Shown here: positions 1 to 9,601 of the stretch, one piece after another
Position numbering within the stretch: position 1 is the stretch's first letter
Layout: the number at the start of each line of letters is the position of its first letter
Source of the DNA: a virus
Strand: one strand, 5' to 3'
Length of the DNA: 64,000 nucleotides
IMG/VR virus record: IMGVR_UViG_3300017917_002228
Location: 1-64,000 of that record
Translations under genes and position numbers: made by a program
The notes under the pieces: generated by a model
What the model was told of the DNA's origin: nothing
Databases searched by the model: none
What the model saw: the letters and a program-made list of their open reading frames with translations, nothing else

Positions 1-3000
1 GCTAATGAACTATTTGGTGAACAGGCCATAGTCACAGGTTCTTTAGATCTTGGTGGTGCACTTATAGCAGATGGTTCTCCTGGTACGTCTGGTCAAGTAC
101 TTAAAACTAATGGTAATTTTGTATTCTGGGATGATGAAGCAGGAGGTGGAGCAGGTAATGGATTCACTGGTTCTGTAGGCCGTCCATCAAAATCAGAGAC
201 ATTTGTTTATAACGGAACTAATCCTTCTCCTACCAGTGATTTCATTGGATCCCCAGAGTATGCTCTTGTTATAGTTAACGGTCTTATTCAGATACCTGCA
301 GAAGATTACACTACTGGCCTTGATGGTATTACGTGGATTAACGAGCCGCCAATTGGTTCAGATGTCGAAATAAGATATTTTGGTAATGTTGTCGGTGATG
401 CTGGCTTTACTGGATCTGTAGGATTTAGAGGATCTGTAGGTGAGACTGGATTCACCGGTTCTGTAGGATTCACTGGTTCAGTTGGTACAGTTGGATTTAC
501 AGGCTCTGTTGGTTTTTCTGGTTCACAAGGTGATGTAGGTTTTAACGGTTCTGTAGGATTCACAGGATCAGTAGGAACACCTGGTTATACTGGTTCAGAA
601 GGCTTCATAGGCTCTGCTGGTTTCACTGGATCGGTAGGTTATGTTGGATCTGCAGGTGATGATGGTCCTGTAGGTTATAGAGGTTCTGTTGGTTATTCTG
701 GCTCAGTAGGTGATATAGGACCAGAAGGTTATAGAGGATCAGCAGGTGAGGTAGGTTATAGAGGCTCTGTAGGTGAGCAAGGACCTTCAGGGGGCGCAGA
801 CGGTTACACTGGCTCACAAGGTGATTTGGGATATACTGGTTCACAAGGCCTTCCAGGTGAATATGGCGGGGTAGGATTTACCGGCTCTAGAGGTGATACT
901 GGTTTTGTAGGGTCAGTTGGTTTTGCTGGTTCAGGCGGATTAGGTTATACTGGTTCTAGAGGCTTTAACGGCTCACGCGGTGACGTAGGTTACGTTGGTT
1001 CTAGAGGCGATCTAGGTTATACAGGTTCATTAGGTTACTACGGTTCTACCGGCTTTACTGGATCGGTAGGAGCTGGATTTACTGGTTCTCAAGGTACTAC
1101 AGGATTTACTGGATCAGTTGGCCCATCTGGTCCTTCTGGTGGTCTAGCAGTACCTAGTGAATTTCAAACATTCGTAGCTACTGGTGCATCAACATACAAT
1201 CTATCAAAATATGTTGAAGAAGCAGTTAACATCATCGTCTCTGTTAATGGTCTAGTTCAAATACCAGATGCTGATTATACTATATCTGGTTTAGGAGTGC
1301 TAGAGTTTAATGACGTTCCTAATGAGAATTCTGATATCGAAATTAGATATTTCGGCCCTTCTGTAGGTAGCGAAGGATATACCGGTTCGGCAGGGTTTAC
1401 AGGTTCAAGTGGAGCTACAGGCTTTACAGGGTCAGCTGGTACACTAGGTGCACAAGGACCTACAGGGTTTAGAGGTTCAGGTGGCTTTAGAGGATCAGCA
1501 GGTTATTCTGGATCAAAAGGTCAAGATGGTGCTCCTGGTGGCCCTACTGGTTACACAGGTTCTGGTGGCTTTACAGGTTCAAAGGGCAACGTCGGTTTTA
1601 CCGGCTCAAGAGGAACTCTAGGCTTTGTAGGCTCTAGAGGTAATTTAGGCTTTACTGGTTCTATTGGTTATACCGGCTCTCAAGGTATCCCAGGCGAATA
1701 TGCTGCTCTAGGTTATACAGGATCTGTAGGTTTTGTTGGCTCAAGAGGCGCTACAGGCTTTACTGGATCTAGAGGACAAATTGGTTACACAGGATCTAGA
1801 GGTACGACCGGTTTTGCAGGCTCTGTTGGTAATACTGGGCCAGTAGGATTTACAGGTTCATTAGGTACTATAGGTCTAACAGGCTCGGTTGGCTTTACTG
1901 GTTCTATAGGTGGTATAGGTAATACAGGCTTTACCGGATCACAAGGTATACCTGGTGAGTTTGCTGCATTAGGTTATACTGGTTCGGTAGGACATACTGG
2001 ATCTATCGGTGCAACTGGACCGCAAGGTAATACCGGATTTACTGGATCGCGTGGTGCATACGATGCTGTAGGCTTTACAGGATCGGTAGGGTTTGCTGGC
2101 TCTAAAGGTGATACTGGGTTTGCAGGGTCAGTAGGATATACCGGGTCAGTAGGCTTTGTAGGATCTCAAGGTGCAGGCTTTACTGGTTCGCAAGGTGAAA
2201 CCGGCTTTACTGGATCACGTGGTGCATTTGATGCAATCGGATTTACTGGATCAGAAGGTTATACAGGTTCAGTAGGCTTTGCGGGTTCTAGAGGGTCGAA
2301 GGGTGATGCAGGTTTTGCAGGATCGGTTGGTAATACTGGTCCTGTAGGCTTTACAGGTTCTATTGGCGGAGTTGGATTTACAGGCTCTGTTGGCTTTGTA
2401 GGTTCGGTTGGCTTTGCTGGATCACAAGGTGATGTAGGTTATACAGGATCATCTGGCGCTGCAGTAGATAAAGGTTATACTGGATCACAAGGTGAAGTTG
2501 GTTTTGCAGGCTCTATAGGTGATTTAGGTTATACAGGGTCAGCCGGTGATAATGGCCAGACTGGTTATACAGGATCAGCAGGAGCTGGTTATACCGGTTC
2601 ACAAGGTGAGACTGGATATGCAGGTTCATCAGGTGAATATGGTGCAATAGGATTTACAGGATCAATAGGGTTTACTGGTTCAGAAGGTAGCACCGGTAAT
2701 ACCGGCTTTACAGGCTCATCAGGCTTTGCTGGATCAATAGGTGATCTCGGCTATACCGGTTCAATAGGTTATACTGGTTCAGTAGGACCTACCGGCTTTG
2801 TAGGATCTACAGGTATTATAACTGGTGTTCCATTTAGATTTAATGCAGCATCATTTGTACATGATGATCCAGGACCAGGTGCATTTACTTTTGATACTTT
2901 TGATCCTTCAACTGCAGTTGAGATGCATATTAGTAATCTTGACATCAATAATAGAACGATGTTAGGTTTTATTGAATACTGGGGTAGCAGTACTTCTGGA

Positions 3001-4842
3001 GATAAAGGCTATCTAACATTCTATAATGCATTAACAGGGCTTCCAAGTTATGTGGCATCCATTACCTCTGTGAGTGTAGGGGTTAACTGGCATACTGTGT
3101 ATATTGAGTATGTAAATATTAATGCATTAACTTCTAATACAGTATATAATATTGCATTCAGTAAGACTGGTGATGCAGGTGATTATGCAGCAGTAGGGTT
3201 TGTAGGCTCGGTAGGGTTTGTAGGATCAAGAGGTCAACTAGGCTATACAGGTTCTTCTGGAGCTGCAGCTGCAGTAGGATTTACTGGATCAGCTGGTAAT
3301 ACAGGTTTTACAGGCTCTATTGGTTATTCTGGCTCTGTAGGTAATACTGGCTTTACAGGATCAAGAGGTGCTTATGATGCTGTTGGATTTACAGGTTCAG
3401 TAGGCTTTACAGGATCTGCAGGCACATCTGGTGCTAATGGTGTGAATGGATTCACAGGCTCTATCGGATTTACTGGTTCAAGAGGGTATTCTGGATCAGG
3501 AGGATCTGCCTTTGTAGATAGTGTTGCACCACCTGCTGTAACTAATAGTAATGCATTATGGTTTGATTCTGATACTGGAATATTAAGCATATATTATCAA
3601 CCAGAATCAACCTGGGTTGCCCTTAATACAGGTGCTCCTGGCTTTACAGGCTCAATAGGTTATTCAGGTTCTACTGGAGCTGGGTTTGTAGGATCACAAG
3701 GTACCACAGGGTTTGTAGGTTCTCTGGGATACACAGGCTCAAAAGGTGATATAGGATATACTGGTTCGCTTGGAAATATTAACGGTATAACTTATCGATA
3801 TGCTAGTGATATAACCACACCTACTCTTCCAGGCACAGGTTTCTTTGGTTTTAACTCATCAAATATAGGTACCGGTAATCAAATCTATATTAGTTCAAAA
3901 GATTTAAATAACCTAAGCAAAAACAATTTTATTGGATATTGGGGTAATAGCACATCTACTTCAAGTAAAGGTTTCTTAACCTTTTACTCTGCTAGTGGAA
4001 ATGCAGTAGCAACAGTATCAGTATCTAATACTCAATATCAACAAAACACAGCAGCTGATTGGTACATAATTAATTATGTTCCTCTTGCAAATTATACATT
4101 TACTAATTTTGAAGTGTTTAGAATTGATTTTTCTAGAACAGGTGATTCAGGAGATTATGCTGCTATAGGATTCACAGGCTCACAAGGCTCTCAAGGCAAT
4201 GTAGGTTTTGTAGGTTCTCAAGGTGATACAGGATATACTGGTTCTAAAGGCGATACTGGATTTACAGGCTCTCAAGGCAATGTAGGTTTTGTAGGTTCTC
4301 AAGGTGATATAGGATATACTGGTTCTAAAGGCGATACTGGATTTACCGGATCTTTTGGTAATACCGGGTTCACCGGTTCGTCCGGCTTTACTGGATCAAT
4401 AGGAAGCTTTGACGCTAACACTGCATATGCATTTGCTAACGTAACATCATTTAGTAGTAATGTAAACTTTAGCGGGCTTACTACATTCCAGCAAGTTAAT
4501 GAAGTCATAGTTCCTCTATCACTTGCAACAGGTGTAGTTACCCATAACTATGCAAACGGATCTACATTCTTCCATAGTAGTATTGCTGCTAACTTTACTG
4601 CTAACTTCACTAACGTACCTACTACTGATAATAGAGCGACAAACTTTGCTCTAATATTAAATCAAGGTGCAACTGGTTACTATGCTAATGCAGTACTAAT
4701 TGGAGGGGTAGCACAGACAATAAGATGGGCAAGTGGTACTACACCAACACCAGGTACTAATAAGATAGAAATTCAATCTATTTCACTAGTAAGATCAGGT
4801 GCTACTTGGTATGTACTAAGTGCTATTAACCCTTATGCGTGA
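1..4842 (+). CDS. Giant collagen-like (G-[FY]-T-G-S-x repeat) tail fibre, 5'-truncated; frame is open from base 1, upstream of the ORF-track start at 826
   Basis: Frame +1 reads ANELFGEQ...GFTGSVG without stops from base 1; long Gly-X-Y runs interrupted by duplicated globular modules; C-terminal fibre-type domain. Confidence 0.85.
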   Translation, partial: ANELFGEQAIVTGSLDLGGALIADGSPGTSGQVLKTNGNFVFWDDEAGGGAGNGFTGSVGRPSKSETFVYNGTNPSPTSDFIGSPEYALVIVNGLIQIPAEDYTTGLDGITWINEPPIGSDVEIRYFGNVVGDAGFTGSVGFRGSVGETGFTGSVGFTGSVGTVGFTGSVGFSGSQGDVGFNGSVGFTGSVGTPGYTGSEGFIGSAGFTGSVGYVGSAGDDGPVGYRGSVGYSGSVGDIGPEGYRGSAGEVGYRGSVGEQGPSGGADGYTGSQGDLGYTGSQGLPGEYGGVGFTGSRGDTGFVGSVGFAGSGGLGYTGSRGFNGSRGDVGYVGSRGDLGYTGSLGYYGSTGFTGSVGAGFTGSQGTTGFTGSVGPSGPSGGLAVPSEFQTFVATGASTYNLSKYVEEAVNIIVSVNGLVQIPDADYTISGLGVLEFNDVPNENSDIEIRYFGPSVGSEGYTGSAGFTGSSGATGFTGSAGTLGAQGPTGFRGSGGFRGSAGYSGSKGQDGAPGGPTGYTGSGGFTGSKGNVGFTGSRGTLGFVGSRGNLGFTGSIGYTGSQGIPGEYAALGYTGSVGFVGSRGATGFTGSRGQIGYTGSRGTTGFAGSVGNTGPVGFTGSLGTIGLTGSVGFTGSIGGIGNTGFTGSQGIPGEFAALGYTGSVGHTGSIGATGPQGNTGFTGSRGAYDAVGFTGSVGFAGSKGDTGFAGSVGYTGSVGFVGSQGAGFTGSQGETGFTGSRGAFDAIGFTGSEGYTGSVGFAGSRGSKGDAGFAGSVGNTGPVGFTGSIGGVGFTGSVGFVGSVGFAGSQGDVGYTGSSGAAVDKGYTGSQGEVGFAGSIGDLGYTGSAGDNGQTGYTGSAGAGYTGSQGETGYAGSSGEYGAIGFTGSIGFTGSEGSTGNTGFTGSSGFAGSIGDLGYTGSIGYTGSVGPTGFVGSTGIITGVPFRFNAASFVHDDPGPGAFTFDTFDPSTAVEMHISNLDINNRTMLGFIEYWGSSTSGDKGYLTFYNALTGLPSYVASITSVSVGVNWHTVYIEYVNINALTSNTVYNIAFSKTGDAGDYAAVGFVGSVGFVGSRGQLGYTGSSGAAAAVGFTGSAGNTGFTGSIGYSGSVGNTGFTGSRGAYDAVGFTGSVGFTGSAGTSGANGVNGFTGSIGFTGSRGYSGSGGSAFVDSVAPPAVTNSNALWFDSDTGILSIYYQPESTWVALNTGAPGFTGSIGYSGSTGAGFVGSQGTTGFVGSLGYTGSKGDIGYTGSLGNINGITYRYASDITTPTLPGTGFFGFNSSNIGTGNQIYISSKDLNNLSKNNFIGYWGNSTSTSSKGFLTFYSASGNAVATVSVSNTQYQQNTAADWYIINYVPLANYTFTNFEVFRIDFSRTGDSGDYAAIGFTGSQGSQGNVGFVGSQGDTGYTGSKGDTGFTGSQGNVGFVGSQGDIGYTGSKGDTGFTGSFGNTGFTGSSGFTGSIGSFDANTAYAFANVTSFSSNVNFSGLTTFQQVNEVIVPLSLATGVVTHNYANGSTFFHSSIAANFTANFTNVPTTDNRATNFALILNQGATGYYANAVLIGGVAQTIRWASGTTPTPGTNKIEIQSISLVRSGATWYVLSAINPYA
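4186..4347 (+). repeat. In-frame 81-bp tandem duplication (2 copies, 2 mismatches)
   Basis: 4186-4266 and 4267-4347 both read ggctctcaaggcaatgtaggttttgtagg...ggatttac. Confidence 0.95.
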
Positions 4843-4850
4843 GTTAGTTG

Positions 4851-5705
4851 ATGCCATTTTTTGGACGTTTTAGCAATAGTTTTGGTATAAGAAAAAATAT
4901 ACCGCCTCCTGCTAAAGGGCAGCAATTGTTTAGCTCTAGTGGCAACTTTACTGTTCCTGCGGATGTAACTACTATATGTGCGGTGTGCGTAGGTGGTGGA
5001 GGAGGTGGGTATCAAACCACTGGCACTGGTAACGGAGGCGGAGGTGCTGGTTTAAGATATATTAATAATCTACCAGTTACACCAGGTGAAGTACTTACAG
5101 TAGTAGTAGGAGCAGGAGGAGCATCAAGTTCTTCGTTAGGAGCTGATCCATCTTGGGGAAATAATACTACTTTAAGAAGAGGTGCTAACACCTTAGTGTT
5201 TGCTGAAGGAGGAGCTCCAGGGCAGTTCAGTGATGCTAGAGGAGGTACGGGTTCTTCAATAGGATCTGGTACCTATGGAGGCACTATAGGCGGTGGTGAC
5301 GGTGGAACTAGCTTCGCAGGACTGTCTAATAATAACCCATCTGGCGGTGGTGGTGCTGGTGGTTATAGCGGTACTGGAGGTTATGGAGCATACGGCAGCT
5401 CTTTTGGCGCAGGAAGTGGAGGCGGAGGTGCTGGAGGAAACGGTTTCGGTTCTAGTGGGTCTGGTATAGGAGGCGGCGGTACAGGGTTGTATGGACAGGG
5501 TACATCCGGCTCTACTAACGGCTCTGGAGGATCTGGTGGAGGGAACGGCTTCGGAGATGGTGTAGGAGGCACATACGGGGGTGGTGCCGGAGGAAGAGAT
5601 TCTGCTACTTATGTTAACGGTGCTAATAAAGGTGGAGATGGTGGCTTAAGAATTATATGGGGTGCTGGAAGAGCATTTCCAAGTACTAATACAACAGATG
5701 TATAA
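4851..5705 (+). CDS. Glycine-rich domain virion/tail protein
   Basis: FTVPADVTTICAVCVGGGGGG, VTPGEVLTVVVGAGG and GGDGGLRIIW are typical phage Gly-rich domain motifs. Confidence 0.75.
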   Translation: MPFFGRFSNSFGIRKNIPPPAKGQQLFSSSGNFTVPADVTTICAVCVGGGGGGYQTTGTGNGGGGAGLRYINNLPVTPGEVLTVVVGAGGASSSSLGADPSWGNNTTLRRGANTLVFAEGGAPGQFSDARGGTGSSIGSGTYGGTIGGGDGGTSFAGLSNNNPSGGGGAGGYSGTGGYGAYGSSFGAGSGGGGAGGNGFGSSGSGIGGGGTGLYGQGTSGSTNGSGGSGGGNGFGDGVGGTYGGGAGGRDSATYVNGANKGGDGGLRIIWGAGRAFPSTNTTDV

Positions 5706-5739
5706 TAAATATTGAGATAGATAAAAACAAAGGTTTAAA

Positions 5740-6723
5740 ATGGCTTTAATCTTTCCAGATAATCCACAATTAAATGATCAGACTACCACAGGAGGTAGAC
5801 TGTGGATATGGGATGGAGTCCGCTGGGTTCCGCAAAATCCAGTCGGTTATACAGGTTCTGTTGGCTTTGTAGGATCAGTAGGTTTCGCAGGCTCTAAAGG
5901 TGATATTGGTTTTACCGGATCACGAGGCGCATTCGATGCAATAGGATTTACAGGATCAAAAGGTGATCAAGGTTCTACTGGATTCACAGGCTCACAAGGT
6001 TCTGTAGGATTTACCGGTTCGATAGGTAATATAGGTCCTACCGGCTTTACCGGTTCAATAGGAAGTACCGGATTTACAGGAAGCCAAGGTAATTTAGGAT
6101 ATACTGGTTCAAAAGGTGATCAAGGCGGTACCGGCTATCAGGGTTCAGAAGGTATACAAGGACCTGTAGGGTTTACTGGATCGGCTGGTTATTTTGGTTC
6201 TACAGGTTATAGAGGATCAGAAGGATACAAAGGATCTGAAGGTTATAGAGGATCAGTAGGGTTCACAGGATCAGTAGGATTTACAGGATCGGCTGGTGAT
6301 ACTGGATTTAGAGGTTCAGTTGGTGCTAACGGTGTTACAGGATTTTCAGGTTCAACTGGACTCTATGATCAAACCTTTACTATAGCATTAACCAACGAAA
6401 CGGATACTATAGCCGGTGGTACATATATAACAAGTTTTAGAGCGCCTTTTGCTTTAACACTTACCGACATTCCAAGAAGTTCTCTATCTAATTCCTCATC
6501 TGCAGGTGTAGTAACTGTTGATATTAATTTAAATGGTACTTCTATTTTAGGTGCTAATAAATTATCAATTGACGTGAATGAAAAAACATCTAAGACTGCA
6601 GCAACTCCTACTACACTAGCAACAACTAGCGTCGCAGATGACGATGAAATTTCATTTGATATAGATGCTCCAGGTACAAATGCTAAAGGTCTAAAAGTAA
6701 CTCTTTATTTTAGAAGACCATAA
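5740..6723 (+). CDS. Collagen-like tail fibre protein
   Basis: N-terminal FPxxP..W.WDG..W module, GFTGS repeats, globular C-terminus. Confidence 0.75.
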   Translation: MALIFPDNPQLNDQTTTGGRLWIWDGVRWVPQNPVGYTGSVGFVGSVGFAGSKGDIGFTGSRGAFDAIGFTGSKGDQGSTGFTGSQGSVGFTGSIGNIGPTGFTGSIGSTGFTGSQGNLGYTGSKGDQGGTGYQGSEGIQGPVGFTGSAGYFGSTGYRGSEGYKGSEGYRGSVGFTGSVGFTGSAGDTGFRGSVGANGVTGFSGSTGLYDQTFTIALTNETDTIAGGTYITSFRAPFALTLTDIPRSSLSNSSSAGVVTVDINLNGTSILGANKLSIDVNEKTSKTAATPTTLATTSVADDDEISFDIDAPGTNAKGLKVTLYFRRP

Positions 6724-6727
6724 TAAT

Positions 6728-8542
6728 ATGACAGCTTCGTTAATTAACTCTGCAATATATCCTAAGCTTATCAACTCTAGTCTTTTTCTAGTTGGAGGCG
6801 GAGGCGCAGGCGGCACTGGTAACGGTGGAGGCGGCGGTGGAGGGGGTTTAGTAACTTCAAACATAACTATATATTCTACTGCAACAGCTAACATAACTAT
6901 TGGTCAAGGTGGTGTAGGAAACACTTCTTTAGGACCAGGAGGTAATGGTGGTGATACTATATTTGCAGGTGCTGGCGGGTATTTACTTACAGCTAAAGGT
7001 GGAGGCGGAGGCGGTCGCGCTATTGATAGTACTTCAGGTTACGGTGTTGATGGTGGAAGCGGTGGAGGCGCTGGTGGTCGTACTAGCGTAGGTACTAACT
7101 TCGGTGGTGCTAATCTTTCTGTACAAGGCTTTAGAGGTGGTAATACTACATCCTCTTCTATATATACTACTGGAGGTGGTGGAGGAGGAGGAGCTGGTGG
7201 GCAAGGTAGTTCACCCACCACACAATCTGGATATACTTTTCCTAACCAAGGTGGAAACGGAGGCGCTGCAAGTTTTTATACTATAGGTTCATCAATAGTG
7301 TCATACTTTGCTGGAGGTGGTGGAGGCTCAGTAGGTCAAAGTGGGTCTGGAGGAGGTACGGGAGGAATCGGAGGTGGAACCGGATCTTTTAATAACGCTA
7401 CTTCTCCTACAGAAGGTACAGTTAATACCGGTGGAGGGGGCGGAGGTGGATTTAACATTACATATAGAGGGGCAAATGGAGGAAGCGGTTATGCTCTCAT
7501 GCAATATAACTACACTAACACCGCTTCAAATCCCTTACAGCTTTTCATAGGCGGAAATGTATATAATAGAGGTGGTAATGTATACCATGAGTTTATATCT
7601 AACGGATTTATTAGTCCGTATACTGGTAGCGGTTATATAACAGCTGATGTAATGTTAGTTGCAGGTGGCGGTGGTGGTGGCGTAAGAGGTGGTGGAGGCG
7701 GTGGTGGAGGTATGCTATTTTACCCTAACACTATTATTAACTCTACTGCTACTTACACAATCACAGTAGGAGGAGGAGGAACTGGATCTTCTTCTGCTTC
7801 CTTAAATGGTTCTAATGGAACTGATACTATTTTAACTGGTGGCAACTTTAATGCAATTTATTTTAAAGATAAAGAGTTAGCAACAGCAAAAGGAGGTGGG
7901 GGAGGAGGATCAACTTCTGCTTCTTCTGATGGTGCTGGATCTATTGGTGGTTGTAGTGGCGGAATGGCAGAAAAGCAAGCAGATCTAACCTCTACATTTG
8001 TAAACCCAATATTTAATTTTTTAATATATGATCAGTACAACATTACAGGATATCACGGAGGTTCCGGAGGTATACGATCTGCAACATCAACAGAAATTAG
8101 TTCTGCTTCCGGTGGAGGAGGAGCTGGTTCAAATGCTGCATCAGTAAATCGTAATCAAAACCCCGGAGGTAACGGCGGAGCAGGAAGATATAATTCTATA
8201 TCAGGAGCTAATACTGCTTATGGTGGCGGAGGTGGTGGAACTACCTCTAATAGTAGAACTACAGCTACACAAGGCGGCACAGGGGGTGTAGGCGGAGGTG
8301 GTAATGGTGGGTGGAGAAATAGCTCTACTCTTAACGGAGGAGGAGCTGGTACTACTAACTTAGGTGGCGGAGGAGGAGGCGGTGCTGGTACTTCTGCAGG
8401 ACAAATAGGCGGTAACGGAGGCAGTGGCGTCTTTATTATCTCTTATAGAGGTAATCCTAGATTCACCGGCGGCACTATAACAATAGTAGGCACTAATACA
8501 GTTCATACATTTACATCAACCGGAACACTTACTCCAGTATAG
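6728..8542 (+). CDS. Tandem two-domain glycine-rich virion protein
   Basis: Two copies of the LV[AG]GGG...[YF][AG]GGGGG...GGSG..I.Y...H.F module. Confidence 0.75.
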   Translation: MTASLINSAIYPKLINSSLFLVGGGGAGGTGNGGGGGGGGLVTSNITIYSTATANITIGQGGVGNTSLGPGGNGGDTIFAGAGGYLLTAKGGGGGGRAIDSTSGYGVDGGSGGGAGGRTSVGTNFGGANLSVQGFRGGNTTSSSIYTTGGGGGGGAGGQGSSPTTQSGYTFPNQGGNGGAASFYTIGSSIVSYFAGGGGGSVGQSGSGGGTGGIGGGTGSFNNATSPTEGTVNTGGGGGGGFNITYRGANGGSGYALMQYNYTNTASNPLQLFIGGNVYNRGGNVYHEFISNGFISPYTGSGYITADVMLVAGGGGGGVRGGGGGGGGMLFYPNTIINSTATYTITVGGGGTGSSSASLNGSNGTDTILTGGNFNAIYFKDKELATAKGGGGGGSTSASSDGAGSIGGCSGGMAEKQADLTSTFVNPIFNFLIYDQYNITGYHGGSGGIRSATSTEISSASGGGGAGSNAASVNRNQNPGGNGGAGRYNSISGANTAYGGGGGGTTSNSRTTATQGGTGGVGGGGNGGWRNSSTLNGGGAGTTNLGGGGGGGAGTSAGQIGGNGGSGVFIISYRGNPRFTGGTITIVGTNTVHTFTSTGTLTPV

Positions 8543-8576
8543 GATAAATACTAGAGAATTCAATTAGGATAAACCA

Positions 8577-9593
8577 ATGCCAACAAAAATTTTCGTATCA
8601 CAGATTGATGCTACTAATCCAGACGGCTCTATAGCTAATGCTAATTCATATGTTAAGCTAACTAATTCTGGCGCTGTTTGGGCTCCTATATCTGATCTTG
8701 CATCTGCAGGTGCAGTAGGGTATACAGGATCAGCTGGCAATAAAGGTGAAACTGGTTATATGGGATCTGAGGGTGAATCAGGTCTAGACGGGTTTCAGGG
8801 ATCGGCAGGTGAAAGAGGTGAGCCAGGATACTCTGGATCGCAAGGTGATAGAGGTGAAACTGGCTTTACTGGTTCGGTTGGATTTACAGGTTCTGTTGGT
8901 TTCTCAGGTTCTATGGGCTTTACTGGTTTCACAGGATCGATTGGTGATAGAGGTTTAAATGGATTTGATGGTTCAGTTGGTTATACCGGTTCTGCTGGTG
9001 ATGTTGGATATAGAGGATCAGCTGGTGAGACAGGATCACTAAGCGGTATTCTTGCTTTTACTGAACTTGTAGATGTTCCTCAAGATTATACCGGTGCAGC
9101 TGGTCAGTTTGTTGTTGTTAATGAAGCTGAAGACGCTCTAGAATTTAGCGATGCTGTATATCTAACTAATAATATATCTACTAATGTTGCTTTCAATGGC
9201 TTTCAAATTACTAATCCTTTATTGGTAGGCTTTGGTGAAGAAGTTATAACAAAAGATGGTTCACTCAACCCTACTATTAATCCTTTGGAATCTAACATCT
9301 ATAGAATTAATTTAGATACACCTGTAACTACTATAACCATGAATGCATCTGGATTGACTCCAGGTAAGTTTTATTACACTTCGTTTATCTTAAAACAAGA
9401 CGGAGCAGGAAGTAGAACGGTCGACTGGTCCGGTCAAACAATTTACTGGCCAGGAGCTGAAAATATAGTAGGTCCAGAAGGCCCAGCACTATCAACTGAA
9501 GCAAACTACACTGATGTGGTTACACTTTATACATTTAATCAGGGAACATATTGGCTAGGCGTATTGTCCGGTAAAGGTTTCCCAACTGCATAA
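8577..9593 (+). CDS. Collagen-like tail fibre protein
   Basis: GYTGS/GFTGS repeats; C-terminal LKQDGAGSRTVDW...DVVTLYT fibre domain. Confidence 0.75.
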   Translation: MPTKIFVSQIDATNPDGSIANANSYVKLTNSGAVWAPISDLASAGAVGYTGSAGNKGETGYMGSEGESGLDGFQGSAGERGEPGYSGSQGDRGETGFTGSVGFTGSVGFSGSMGFTGFTGSIGDRGLNGFDGSVGYTGSAGDVGYRGSAGETGSLSGILAFTELVDVPQDYTGAAGQFVVVNEAEDALEFSDAVYLTNNISTNVAFNGFQITNPLLVGFGEEVITKDGSLNPTINPLESNIYRINLDTPVTTITMNASGLTPGKFYYTSFILKQDGAGSRTVDWSGQTIYWPGAENIVGPEGPALSTEANYTDVVTLYTFNQGTYWLGVLSGKGFPTA

Positions 9594-9601
9594 GGTGAAT
9601 T

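Noticed and set aside
306-7221. Pro-rich minus-strand ORFs (306, 623, 3372, 4299, 5381, 6691, 7039)
   Set aside because: Antisense shadows of Gly-codon repeats, with no RBS or independent signal
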